Shown one piece after another: positions 1 to 10,332 of a DNA stretch of 64,000 bases. The position numbers were made by a program, and so were the translations under genes. A model generated the notes under the pieces. The model did no database searches. It was not told the DNA's origin and saw only the letters and a program-made list of their open reading frames with translations. Where the stretch lies: positions 2,176,001 through 2,240,000 of the forward strand of contig CAXXLZ010000002.1 in the NCBI GenBank assembly GCA_963675595.2, read 5' to 3'. The DNA comes from Thermodesulfobacteriota bacterium (lineage in GTDB: Bacteria > Desulfobacterota > Desulfarculia > JACQYL01). The first letter of the stretch is position 1. Every line of letters starts with the position of its first letter.

Positions 1-966
1 CGAACACGTCTCCAGCGAGAACGTGCTGAAGCTCCTCGACTACCCCGCCTATTTTGACCTGCTGGAGCTCCCGCCGCCCGATGGCCGCGCTGCGATCCTC
101 GATGCACTGGCCAAGGATGAGTTGATTCATGCCTGTGATGCGGGTGAATGGAATATCACAAATCTTGGGGCGATCCTCTTTGCGAAGAAGTTGGTTGATT
201 TTCCGGGACTCAGGCGCAAGGCCATACGGGTGGTCCATTACAGGGGACGGGGCCGGGTTGAAACCTTGCGGGAACAGGTCGGCGGTAGAGGTTACGCGAA
301 CGGCTTCGAGGGGTTGATCCATTTCATCATGGCGCTGGTCCCTACCAACGAAGTGATCGAACGGGCCTTGCGGCGGACAGTGCCCATGTTCCCGGAACTG
401 GCGGTTCGCGAGTTGGTAGCCAATGCGTTGATACACCAAGACCTTTTCGTCACCGGCGCTGGACCCATGGTGGAGATATTCGAGGATCGGATGGAGATCA
501 CCAACCCCGGTGAACCATTGGTTGACACCCTGCGTTTCGTCGATACCCGCCGAAATCCCGTAACGAGGCACTCGCCTCCCTTATGCGGCGGTTCCGCATT
601 TGCGAAGAACGCGGCAGCGGTATCGACAAGGTGGTGGACCAGGTCGAGTTTTATCAGCTTCCCGCTCCGTACTTTGAGGCGCCCGAGGAGAATACAAGGG
701 TGGTACTGTTTGCCCATAAGCCATTGAAAGAGATGGATAAGGCGGATCGTGTGCGATCCTGCTACCTCCATGCCTGTCTAAAGTGGGTAATGCGTGATTA
801 CTTGACCAACGCCTCGCTGAGGGCACGATTCGGCGTCGAGGAGAAAAACAAGGCGGCTGTTTCCAGATATATCCGCGAGGCGGTCGAGGATGGGGTGATC
901 AAGCCGTTTGACGAGGGGGCGTCCAGAAAGCTCATGAAATATGTCCCGTTCTGGGCAAAGTTTTAA
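1..966 (+). pseudogene. ATP-binding (RecG-C/HATPase_c_4-type) regulator associated with restriction loci; 5'-partial and frameshifted near 547
   Basis: ORF 23-727 has RELVANALIHQD..EIFEDRMEITNPG; ORF 583-966 continues with ICEERGSGIDK..HACLK..YVPFWA. Adding one C at GATACCCGCCG restores DTPPKSRNEALASLMRR. Confidence 0.8.
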
Positions 967-1014
967 TTGACGGGTAATTGATGGATCGCCGGGAAAAGCC
1001 TGAAGGGGAACTTA

Positions 1015-1027
1015 CAACTTATTGATT
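1015..1027 (-). promoter_or_regulatory. IHF consensus site
   Basis: Minus strand reads AATCAATAAGTTG, an exact WATCAANNNNTTR match, flanked by TAATTGAYGG-like repeats. Confidence 0.45.
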
Positions 1028-1308
1028 TGTAATCACTTTGTTGGTTTTCAGTTAATTGATCGACAATAAATGACGGAAACACGAATGGCTGCAGTGAAGC
1101 GGCCGGCACAAAAAGCCCGGCAGAGGGCGACAAAGGTAGGCGCCGGCGTTTTGGTGTGGCAGCCATGTCATTGAGGACCGCCGGAATACCTCGTATGGAG
1201 AGTGAAACCGCTTGATTTTGGCTGGTTCGGAAAATCTCGCACCGCTGTTGCGAGAAAGTGTGCAGCCATTGGTTGCATAAATCGGGTGGAGCGGACCGGG
1301 GTGCTGAT

Positions 1309-4296
1309 ATGAAAACGGATGCAACGGAAAAAGGGTTGGAAAGCCTCATTGTCCAATCGCTGATCAACGAAGCCGGATACGTCCTGGGCGACCCGCGGGA
1401 CTTCGACCGGGAACACGCCGTTGACCCGGCCAAGCTCCTGCAATTTCTCGCGGCCACGCAACCCGATAGCTTTGAGAATCTCGGCATGGATGAGGAAGGC
1501 CCCAAGCGCACCCAGTTCCTGCACCGGCTGCAGGGCGAGATCGCCAAGCGTGGGGTGGTGGATGTGCTGCGCGGCGGCATCAAGCACGGCCCGGCCCACG
1601 TGAACCTTTTCTACGGTACGCCGACGCCGGGCAACGTGAAGGCTGCCGAACGATTCGCGGCCAACATTTTCAGCGTCACCCGCCAGCTCCGTTACAGTCG
1701 CGTTGAGACGACACTCGCCCTTGACATGGCCGTGTTCATCAACGGCCTGCCCATCGCCACCTTCGAACTCAAGAACAAGCTCACCAAGCAGACGGTTCTC
1801 GACGCCGTGCAGCAGTACCAACGCGACCGCGATCCCAAGGACCTGCTGTTCCAGTTCGGCCGATGCGTCGCCCACTTTGCCGTGGACGACCATGACGTGC
1901 GTTTCTGCACCCATCTTAAGGGCAAGGCCTCGTGGTTTTTGCCCTTCAACAAGGGCTACAACGACGGAGCGGGCAATCCCCCGAACCCGACCGGGCTCGC
2001 CACCGACTATCTGTGGAAGGAGACCCTTTCCAAGGAGGGCCTGACCGACATCCTGGAAAATTACGCCCAGGTGGTGGAGGAAAAGGACGAGAAGACCGGC
2101 AGGAAAACATACAAACAGATATTCCCCCGCTACCACCAGTTGAAGGTGGTGCACATGTTGTTGGCGGATGCCAAGGATATGGGGGTTGGCAGGCGCTGCC
2201 TGATTCAGCACTCGGCTGGCAGCGGCAAAAGCAACTCCATCGCCTGGCTGGCGCACCAGCTCGTGGGGCTGGAGCGAGAAAGCAAGGCATTGTTCGATTC
2301 CGTCATCGTGGTTACCGACCGCCGGGTGCTCGACAAGCAGATCCGCGACACCATCAAGCAATTCGCCCAGGTCTCCGCCACCGTCGGCCATGCCGAGCGT
2401 TCCGGCGACTTGCGCCGCTTCCTCAAGGCCGGAAAGAAGATCATCATCACCACGGTGCAGAAGTTCCCGTTCATCCTCGATGAGATCGGCGACGAACACC
2501 GCAAAAGCAAGTTCGCCATCATCATCGACGAGGCCCATTCCAGCCAGGGGGGCAAGGCCACCGCCGCCATGAACATGGCCGTTGCGGAAAAACCGGATGA
2601 ATACAAAGCACAATGGGATGAACTGGATACCGAAGACAAGATCAACAAGATCATGGAAGACCGGAAGATGGTGGCCAACGCAGCCTACTTCGCCTTCACC
2701 GCGACCCCCAAGAACAAGACCCTGGAGATCTTCGGCGAGCCGGACCCGCAGCCGGACGGCACGGTAAAGCACCACCCGTTCCATAGCTACACCATGAAAC
2801 AGGCCATCCAGGAGGGCTTCATTCTCGATGTACTGAAGAACTACACGCAGGTGGAGAGCTACTACCGCATAGCCAAAACCGTGGAGGACGATCCGCTCTT
2901 CGACGCCAAAAAGGCCCGGAAAAAGCTGCGCCGCTATGTGGAATCCCACGAGCACGCCATCCGCGAGAAGACCGAGATCATGGTGGACCACTTCCATGCC
3001 CGGGTGATCGGCCTTCGCAAGATCGGCGGGCAGGCCAGGGCCATGGTCGTCACCAACGGCATCGAGCGGGCCATCCGGTATTTTCATGCCTTCAGGGACT
3101 ATCTCAAGGAGCGCAAGAGCCCCTATGAGCCCATTGTGGCCTTTTCCGGCGAACACGAGTACGGCGGCAAGAAGGTCACCGAAGCCACGCTGAACGGTTT
3201 CCCCGGTAGTCAAATTCCGGACAAAGTCCGGCAGGACCCGTACCGCTTCCTGATCGTCGCCGACAAGTACCAGACCGGCTACGATGAGCCCTTGCTGCAC
3301 ACCATGTACGTGGACAAGGCGCTCTCCGGCATCAAGGCCGTGCAGACCCTCTCGCGTCTCAATCGCGCCCATCCGCAGAAGCACGACACCTTTGTGCTCG
3401 ATTTCCAAAACGACTCGGACACCATCAAGAAGTCGTTCGAACCCTACTACCGCACCACCATCCTCAGCGACGAGACCGACCCCAACAAGCTGCACGACCT
3501 CAAGTCGGATATGGACGGCTACCAGGTCTACTCCCGGGGACAAATCGATGATCTGGTCGGACTCTATCTCGCCGGCGCGGACCGCGATAAGCTCGACCCG
3601 ATTCTGGATGCCTGCGTGGCCGGCTACAACGCCGATCTCGATGAAAACGGCCAAGTGGATTTCAAAGGCAAGGCCAAGGCCTTCGTGCGCACCTACGGCT
3701 TCCTTGCCTCGGTCCTGCCCTACTCGAATGCGGACTGGGAGAAGCTGTCGATCTTCCTGAACTTCCTGATTCCGAAGCTTCCCGCGCCCAAGGAGGACGA
3801 CCTGTCTCGAGGCATCCTGGAAGCCATCGACATGGACAGTTACCGTGTTGAGGTGAAAACCAGCCTGAGGATCGGCCTTCCGGATCAGGATGCCGAAGTC
3901 GGTCCCGTGCCCACCAGCGGCGGCGGTCACAAACCGGAACCGGAGCTGGACCAACTGAGCAACATCATCAAGGCGTTCAACGACCAGTTCGGCAACATCG
4001 AATGGAAAGACGGCGACAAGATCCGCAAGGTCATTGCCGAGGAGATCCCGGCCAAGGTCGCAGCGGACGCCGCCTACCGGAACGCCATGAAGAACAACGA
4101 TAAGAAAACCGCCCGGATCGAACACGACGCCGCGCTGCAGCGGGTCATGATCGACCTGTTGTCCGACCACACCGAGCTGTTCAAGCTGTTCAGCGACAAC
4201 CCGTCGTTCCGAAAATGGCTGGGCGACACCATCTTCGGCGTGACCTATCAGGAACAGGCCGGACAATCCGCAACCGGGGCGAGCCATGGACGTTGA
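1309..4296 (+). CDS. hsdR: Type I restriction enzyme R subunit
   Basis: Nuclease motif D..VFINGLPIATFELK, Walker A HSAGSGKS, DEAH box, FTATP, QTLSRLNR. Probable start at MKTDATEKG (1309). Confidence 0.95.
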   Translation: MKTDATEKGLESLIVQSLINEAGYVLGDPRDFDREHAVDPAKLLQFLAATQPDSFENLGMDEEGPKRTQFLHRLQGEIAKRGVVDVLRGGIKHGPAHVNLFYGTPTPGNVKAAERFAANIFSVTRQLRYSRVETTLALDMAVFINGLPIATFELKNKLTKQTVLDAVQQYQRDRDPKDLLFQFGRCVAHFAVDDHDVRFCTHLKGKASWFLPFNKGYNDGAGNPPNPTGLATDYLWKETLSKEGLTDILENYAQVVEEKDEKTGRKTYKQIFPRYHQLKVVHMLLADAKDMGVGRRCLIQHSAGSGKSNSIAWLAHQLVGLERESKALFDSVIVVTDRRVLDKQIRDTIKQFAQVSATVGHAERSGDLRRFLKAGKKIIITTVQKFPFILDEIGDEHRKSKFAIIIDEAHSSQGGKATAAMNMAVAEKPDEYKAQWDELDTEDKINKIMEDRKMVANAAYFAFTATPKNKTLEIFGEPDPQPDGTVKHHPFHSYTMKQAIQEGFILDVLKNYTQVESYYRIAKTVEDDPLFDAKKARKKLRRYVESHEHAIREKTEIMVDHFHARVIGLRKIGGQARAMVVTNGIERAIRYFHAFRDYLKERKSPYEPIVAFSGEHEYGGKKVTEATLNGFPGSQIPDKVRQDPYRFLIVADKYQTGYDEPLLHTMYVDKALSGIKAVQTLSRLNRAHPQKHDTFVLDFQNDSDTIKKSFEPYYRTTILSDETDPNKLHDLKSDMDGYQVYSRGQIDDLVGLYLAGADRDKLDPILDACVAGYNADLDENGQVDFKGKAKAFVRTYGFLASVLPYSNADWEKLSIFLNFLIPKLPAPKEDDLSRGILEAIDMDSYRVEVKTSLRIGLPDQDAEVGPVPTSGGGHKPEPELDQLSNIIKAFNDQFGNIEWKDGDKIRKVIAEEIPAKVAADAAYRNAMKNNDKKTARIEHDAALQRVMIDLLSDHTELFKLFSDNPSFRKWLGDTIFGVTYQEQAGQSATGASHGR

Positions 4297-4469
4297 GACG
4301 GTCGCCGTTCAGGTTCCGATGAAGGCGGGAAAGGCGCTGTACGCCAAGGTTCGGGATCGGACGAGGTACGACTTTATCGGATCGACCCCGGTCGGCGTTG
4401 CCGCCCGACCCGCCGAGGTTGGAGGTCGAGCGGCCGCAAGTTTTCACCGTGAGACGGCCGGAGGGGTAC

Positions 4470-6692
4470 TCATGTTTGGCAGGGTGTCTCAGGGCCGTGC
4501 TTGGCGAGGGCCGTGGCCAGATCAAAGAGATCCAGGAACCATTCCCTCTTGGGACGTCCCCGTTTCATGTCCATGGATTGCAGGGCCTCGCCGATGGGGC
4601 AGGCGACAATGCTCTTGCCTTTGAATCCGACGACCTGGGCGTCCGCCCTGCCGCTCTGGATGCCTTCAAACAGAAGTGATGCCGCGAAGTCGCCCATTCG
4701 GCTGGCGAGAATTCGATCAAAGGCCGTCGGGATGCCACCCCGCTGGATGTGCCCCAATATGGCGGTTCGAACTTCGAATTCGTCCTGGCTTTCCTCCTCG
4801 AGCAATTGCCGGATGAATTCCGTAGTGTAATTCCTCCCGGCCCTCTCATTGCGAAGCATGATGACCATGCGCTTTCCTCGGGAGAAACTTTCCTTGAGCA
4901 CCCCCACGTCTCGATTCAGCTCTTCGAGACTGATCCCTTTTTCCGGTAGATAGGCTTTTTCCGCACCCGACGCCAACGCGCCCGTCAAAGCCAAAAAGCC
5001 GCATTCCCTGCCCATCACTTCAACGATAAAGGCCCTGCGGGTGGCGCCCGCGGTATGGCGAATCTTGTCCACCGACTGTACGATGTTATTCAGAGCCGTG
5101 TCCGCTCCGATGGAAAACTCGGTACACGGCAGGTTGTTGTCGATGGTGGCGGGAATGAGCACCATGGGTACGGCGAGTTCTTCGAAATTCTCGGCATGCT
5201 CGGCCAACTGGGCCGTTTTCTTGTACGTTCCCCATCCCCCGACGGCGATCAAACCCCTTAAATTGTATTCCCGCATGGTTTCAGCCACACGGGGGAAATG
5301 ATCCTCCTCAAAGACCAGCCGGGAAGTGCCGATCTCGGAGCCGGGCCGGTTGACCCACCCCACCAGTTCGTTCCAATCCAGCGGTTGAAGCCTGCCTTTG
5401 ATGAGTCCTTGATATCCGTCTTGAATTCCATATACCTGGATTCCCCGGTTCAAAAGGCACCGAGCGGCCACGCTTACCGCCGTATTCATGCCCGGCGAAT
5501 CGGCTCCGCCGGTCAGAATGCCTACCGCGCCTTCCTCCGTGCGCTCGTGCACGGGAAAAATCCGGGTCAGTTTCTTCACGAGAGAGAGGCTGTTCCGGAA
5601 GCTGTCCCCCCGCATCTCCGTGGCCCTGGCCGGATTGCAGTTCTGGATCTCGACCATGACCGATCGGCTCTTTTCCACCACCTCGTCCAGGGGCGTCGCC
5701 GCAATCTCGTTCATCTTCAGGCCGATCATATGCCTGAGATCCGCGTCGGGCTCTTCAACGAGCTTATCTACAGCCGCCGCCCCCAACCGCGTGGCGAGAA
5801 TTCGGTCAAACGCCGTTGGAGCGCCGCCGCGCTGAACATGCCCCAAGACGGTAATACGGATATCGATCTTCAACCGGTCTGCCAGAATCCGCTTTACGTC
5901 TTCCGAACGGATGGGCAAGCCGTCGGCGTGTCTGGCGCCTTCCGCCACGATCACCATCTGGTGCGGGCGCCCCACCTCACGCGCTTTGCCGATGGAATCC
6001 AACATCTTCTGATGCCACCGCAACTCCAACTCGTCTTCCGGGATCAAGACCCAGGAAGCTCCGCCAGCCAGCGCGGCCATGAGGGCCAGATAGCCGCAGT
6101 GACGACCCATGGTCTCCACCACGAAAGTTCGCTGGTGCGAGGCCGCCGTGGAAGTCAGATCGTCCATCGCGGAAACGATGTGGTTCAAGGCCGTGTCCGC
6201 GCCAATGCACATATCCGTGCCGAACAGGTCGTTATCGATGGAGCCCGGAAGGCCGATCACTTTCAGGTTCGCCCTTTGCTCCACCGTCTCCAGCCCTTTT
6301 TCGGCAGCATACTGCTTCAAGTGATCGGGCCATTCCGTCGAAAGCGTGTGCGCCCCCATCAGGGAGCCGTCCCCCCCAACCACGATCAGAGCCTGAACAT
6401 CCCTTTCCAGGAGGTTGACCGCCGCGCGGTAACGCCCCTCTCGCGTTCTGAACCGCTCGGAACGAGCCGTTCCCAGGAAAGTTCCTCCTTTGGAGAGAAT
6501 ACCGCCGCCATCCTCCCATGAAAGAGAACGGATGGAGGTACCCCCTTCCACCAGCCCTTCGTACCCGTTCCAGACCCCGAATACCCGGAGGCCGTGGTCC
6601 AATCCTCTACGGATCACCGCACGGACCGCCGCATTCATGCCCGGAGAATCACCTCCGCTGGTCAATACCGCCAAGGACTTGAGCATACGCAC
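4470..6692 (-). CDS. pfkA: ATP-dependent 6-phosphofructokinase, tandem-duplicated eukaryote-type (740 aa)
   Basis: Two PFK halves: TSGGDSPGMN/GGDGS/GSIDND/MGRHCG/GHVQRGG and TGGADSPGMN/ATIDNN/MGRECG/GHIQRGG. Confidence 0.93.
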   Translation of the reverse strand: MRMLKSLAVLTSGGDSPGMNAAVRAVIRRGLDHGLRVFGVWNGYEGLVEGGTSIRSLSWEDGGGILSKGGTFLGTARSERFRTREGRYRAAVNLLERDVQALIVVGGDGSLMGAHTLSTEWPDHLKQYAAEKGLETVEQRANLKVIGLPGSIDNDLFGTDMCIGADTALNHIVSAMDDLTSTAASHQRTFVVETMGRHCGYLALMAALAGGASWVLIPEDELELRWHQKMLDSIGKAREVGRPHQMVIVAEGARHADGLPIRSEDVKRILADRLKIDIRITVLGHVQRGGAPTAFDRILATRLGAAAVDKLVEEPDADLRHMIGLKMNEIAATPLDEVVEKSRSVMVEIQNCNPARATEMRGDSFRNSLSLVKKLTRIFPVHERTEEGAVGILTGGADSPGMNTAVSVAARCLLNRGIQVYGIQDGYQGLIKGRLQPLDWNELVGWVNRPGSEIGTSRLVFEEDHFPRVAETMREYNLRGLIAVGGWGTYKKTAQLAEHAENFEELAVPMVLIPATIDNNLPCTEFSIGADTALNNIVQSVDKIRHTAGATRRAFIVEVMGRECGFLALTGALASGAEKAYLPEKGISLEELNRDVGVLKESFSRGKRMVIMLRNERAGRNYTTEFIRQLLEEESQDEFEVRTAILGHIQRGGIPTAFDRILASRMGDFAASLLFEGIQSGRADAQVVGFKGKSIVACPIGEALQSMDMKRGRPKREWFLDLFDLATALAKHGPETPCQT

Positions 6693-6788
6693 TCTCCCGT
6701 TCGTTCAGAAATCAGGCCCCGTCGATTCAAATAAATGATAAGAACAATATCCCAATGGTAGTACGCTCGATGCAAGCGTGTCGAGGAA

Positions 6789-7175
6789 TTAGCGGGGAAC
6801 GTAGGACTCGTCGACGGCCAACAGGATCACCAGATTCATGGCCAAGTCGTGATGTTCCGGATGCCGCTTTATATAATCCGAAATCAACGTCATGATATTG
6901 CTCTCGCGGTCCACCGGGTTCACTTTCCCCTCGACCTCCCGGGTCATAAACTCTCGAATGCTTTCTTTGTGCGGCGCCTCTTCACGCACCAGTACGGGAG
7001 CCACGGCCATCGCGTCCACAAAACCGCTCACGTACAAAAGCTGCTGCTTACCTGAAAGGCGCGTGTAGTCGTCAACGGTAACCAGCCCGTCGAACAATTT
7101 GAATTCCTCTTCTCCCATCGAAAGAAAAGGAACCATCAGGACGACCAAGGCCAAGGCCGCAATGGTCTTTTTCAT
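6789..7175 (-). CDS. Secreted hypothetical protein, Rap1a/Tai immunity-like
   Basis: Signal peptide MKKTIAALALVVLMV; motifs YVSGFVDA and YIKRHPEHHDLAMNLVILLAV. Confidence 0.6.
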   Translation of the reverse strand: MKKTIAALALVVLMVPFLSMGEEEFKLFDGLVTVDDYTRLSGKQQLLYVSGFVDAMAVAPVLVREEAPHKESIREFMTREVEGKVNPVDRESNIMTLISDYIKRHPEHHDLAMNLVILLAVDESYVPR

Positions 7176-7363
7176 GACATTCTCCCTAGTTGAAAACGGA
7201 TACGGAATAATTGCGGGGCGCACGGAATTTACAGGTAATTCCGAACGAATAAGAGGACGCAGGAAACTCCGACTTCCGGAGCCCCAACGTTTACGGACGA
7301 TAGGGGGAACCGCGCAACGGCCCCCCTTTCCGGTCTACGGGAACGAACGCTCGCAACGAAGAA

Positions 7364-8032
7364 CTACAGATCTCGAAGCACATCTTTCACGGTATAGAGA
7401 AGGATAAAATTCTCGTCCAGCTCTTTGATCAGGCCTTTCAGTTTCTCTTCCGCCATGTCGGCAATACGAATGAACACGTGACGGCAGTCTTCTTCGCAAG
7501 AATCGTAGGAGGTGAGAATGCTCACCATCTGCCCGCCGTGCCTTCGGATGACGTCGGCCACCTCCTTGATGGTGCCCGGCCGGTCCGGCAGGTTGAAGGC
7601 GAACTGGACACCGCCGCGGTAGATGCCCGTTATGCTGATCAGAACACGGAACACGTCGCCTTGCGTGATCATGCCCACAAGTTCGCCCTTGCGATTCACC
7701 ACGGGCAGGGCATGGATCCCCTTCTCGAGCATGACCACCGCCGCCTTTTCGACGGTATCGTCGGGATCGATGGAGAAGACTTTCTTGGTCATGATATCTT
7801 TGATCTTGAGCTCAGACAGCAGGTAATAGAGCTCATGCACATCCAAGGTCGTAGCCTTGGACGGAGAAGCCTCCTTGATATCCTGATCCGTGACGATTCC
7901 CATCAGCTTACCGTCGCGCATCACCGGGAGGGCCTTGATATTGTTCTCCTTCATAATCTGACCGGCTTTGAGCATGGACGTATCTTCATCGATCGTGATC
8001 ACGTCCGTAGTCATCCAACCTTTAACGAGCAT
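7364..8032 (-). CDS. CBS-pair plus ACT domain protein (AcuB-like)
   Basis: Two CBS repeats (ALPV..GIVTDQDI; ALPVV..GMITQGDV) and an ACT motif DRPG. Confidence 0.88.
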   Translation of the reverse strand: MLVKGWMTTDVITIDEDTSMLKAGQIMKENNIKALPVMRDGKLMGIVTDQDIKEASPSKATTLDVHELYYLLSELKIKDIMTKKVFSIDPDDTVEKAAVVMLEKGIHALPVVNRKGELVGMITQGDVFRVLISITGIYRGGVQFAFNLPDRPGTIKEVADVIRRHGGQMVSILTSYDSCEEDCRHVFIRIADMAEEKLKGLIKELDENFILLYTVKDVLRDL

Positions 8033-8222
8033 AGGGCAACCTCCCTCCTATAACGTGCTTATACACGAAGGAGCAGAACAAAATAACAGATTGGTCGATT
8101 ACGTCCGCCAAATCAGTCCCTGTTTTCACCGCCTCTTTTTCACCTTAGCCCTCTTATCACATCCAAGCATATTCAAGATTCCAATTCCAATACTACATGA
8201 GCGTGTACAAGCAACTTCGTGC

Positions 8223-9203
8223 CTATCCCATAATCTTCTGAAGCATGGCGACCGTCCAGAGAACTAAAGATATAATGATCATAGGAAGAAAACACGCCAA
8301 CAAGGCTTTCATCATCCCGATCTTATGAACCCTCGAAAGGCCGATCACTTTGAGGACGACACTCCAGATGGCGGAAAGCGGCGCAGCCACGACGAGGGGA
8401 AGGAAGAAAAATAGGCAGACAGAATATGAATAACAGGTTACTTTGAGAGTCCCCACAAACGGAGCTCCCACGCCCCTCAAAATCCCCAAACATACGTGCA
8501 TCAAGGCACTCTCTATGAACAAGCAAGCCACAAGAAAGAAAATCAATAATGGAACGCCCACCGCCACTAATACTAGGAAAGCCACGGACGCTTCATGGGG
8601 GCTGACGTTCAGGATGGTCAGCACGCCTTCGGCTCTATCACGGTGAAAAATAAAGCCCCACATCATCTGTACGAAAGAACCTACAAATCCCAGTAGCAAA
8701 CCGTAGGAAACGGGATATCCATAAGGACCGCGTGCCGGTACCCGTGAAAAAAAATGCTCTGGCGAAAACAATGATTGCCGGATCGTCATAACAAGAGAAA
8801 GAAAGATGTTGCCGTCGGAGGGTTCTTCCCATGGAATAGACCCGCCGTGGTCTTCAACGCCTCGACCGAGCTCTTCCGCGCCTTCATCGCCGCATTCCTT
8901 TCCCGTCTCCTCTCGATCTCCGGAAATCGACGAGAAATGGTCTTCCGTGAAGGGAACTCCGGCGTTCGTTTCGGTTCCCGCTTCTCCAACCGGTGCAGGC
9001 CCCAACCCGACTTCGGGAATCTCAGGGGAGACTTCCGGCTCTTCCGGGAACGCCTCCACCGCCGGCGGTGGAGGCTCCGGTTTCACGCGCGAAAGAGCAA
9101 AAGTGACACTACATTTTGGACATCTTGCCGCACGAGCCTTCTCCGGGATACGATCTTCCTGAACTTCCTTCGAGAATCCGCAGTTCGGGCATACTATCCG
9201 CAT
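8223..9203 (-). CDS. Zinc-ribbon plus YIP1-family membrane protein
   Basis: CPNC..RCPKC zinc ribbon, acidic Pro-rich linker, IPWE motif and about 5 hydrophobic helices. Confidence 0.8.
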   Translation of the reverse strand: MRIVCPNCGFSKEVQEDRIPEKARAARCPKCSVTFALSRVKPEPPPPAVEAFPEEPEVSPEIPEVGLGPAPVGEAGTETNAGVPFTEDHFSSISGDREETGKECGDEGAEELGRGVEDHGGSIPWEEPSDGNIFLSLVMTIRQSLFSPEHFFSRVPARGPYGYPVSYGLLLGFVGSFVQMMWGFIFHRDRAEGVLTILNVSPHEASVAFLVLVAVGVPLLIFFLVACLFIESALMHVCLGILRGVGAPFVGTLKVTCYSYSVCLFFFLPLVVAAPLSAIWSVVLKVIGLSRVHKIGMMKALLACFLPMIIISLVLWTVAMLQKIMG

Positions 9204-9261
9204 CAGTCGCTCCTGAGCGGCTCGATCGAGCACGAGAATCGGTCGGTTGGGTCCAAGAAGT

Positions 9262-10332
9262 TCAATCGATGCGTCTGGCCCACCCGAAGGGGTCTTCTTT
9301 CAAGCCGTATTGGATGCCCATGAGTGTATCATAAAGTTTCTTGGACAGTTCACCGGTCCCCCCGTCGGCCACCACATATTCCTTGCCCTGATAGGCGAAA
9401 GAGCCCACGGGAGATATCACCGCAGCGGTGCCCGTCCCAAACACTTCTTTCAGCTTCCCGTCGGCGATGGACTGAATCACCTCGTCGATGGAGATGGGAC
9501 GCTCGGAAACCTTCATGCCCCAGCTTCGGGTCATCTCAAGAACGGAATCCCGCGTAACTCCGGGGAGAATGCTCCCGGAAAGCGGAGGCGTCACGAGTTC
9601 CCCGTCCAGGAGAAAAAAGATGTTGCTGGTTCCCACCTCCTCGACGTACTTCCGCTCCACGGCGTCCAACCAGAGAACCTGAGTATATCCCTTGCTGATG
9701 GCGTCTTCCGCCGCGTAAAGACTCGCCGCGTAGTTCCCGGACGTCTTGGCCTCTCCGGTACCGCCGCGCACCGCTCGCACAAAATCGGTGGACACGTACA
9801 TCTTGGTCGGTTTGAAGCCTTCCGGATAATAGGCGCCCACCGGTCCGATGATCACGTAGAACAGGTACTTCTTGGACGGCTTCACGCCCAGGAAGGCCTC
9901 CGTGGCGATCATGGTGGGACGGATGTAAAGGGAGCAACCGTGCTTGCCCGGAATCCAGTCGCGATCCAACAGGATCAGCGCCTTCAGGGCCTCCAAACAG
10001 TAATCCACATCCAATTCCGGCATGCACATTCGGGCGGCCGATTTGTTCATCCTTTGAAAATTCTTTTCGGGCCGAAACAGGAAAATGCCTCCCCCTTCGC
10101 CCCGATAGGCTTTCATGCCTTCGAAGACTTCCTGTCCGTAATGGAGCACCACCGCCGCGGGGTCGAGGCTCAGAGGCCCGTAAGGCGCAATGCGGGCGTT
10201 ATGCCATCCTTTGCCCTTCTCGTAGTCCATCAAGAACATATGGTCCGTGAAGAACTTGCCAAAACCGAGCACATCATCGCTTTCCGGGCGGGGCATGTGG
10301 CCCGCGGGAGCTTTTTCCACCGGGAATTCCAT
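9262..10332 (-). CDS. ilvE: Branched-chain amino acid aminotransferase
   Basis: LHYGQEVFEGMKAY, YIRP, AKTSGNY (PLP lysine), EEVGTSNIF, ILPGVTR, GTAAVISPV. Confidence 0.95.
   Translation of the reverse strand: MEFPVEKAPAGHMPRPESDDVLGFGKFFTDHMFLMDYEKGKGWHNARIAPYGPLSLDPAAVVLHYGQEVFEGMKAYRGEGGGIFLFRPEKNFQRMNKSAARMCMPELDVDYCLEALKALILLDRDWIPGKHGCSLYIRPTMIATEAFLGVKPSKKYLFYVIIGPVGAYYPEGFKPTKMYVSTDFVRAVRGGTGEAKTSGNYAASLYAAEDAISKGYTQVLWLDAVERKYVEEVGTSNIFFLLDGELVTPPLSGSILPGVTRDSVLEMTRSWGMKVSERPISIDEVIQSIADGKLKEVFGTGTAAVISPVGSFAYQGKEYVVADGGTGELSKKLYDTLMGIQYGLKEDPFGWARRID

Noticed and set aside
1168-4287. 1039-aa minus-strand ORF
   Set aside because: Antisense shadow of GC-rich hsdR with no recognisable motifs.
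4286-4624. ORF overlapping the hsdR stop
   Set aside because: May be a truncated gene start, but it runs antisense into pfkA and no family is recognisable.
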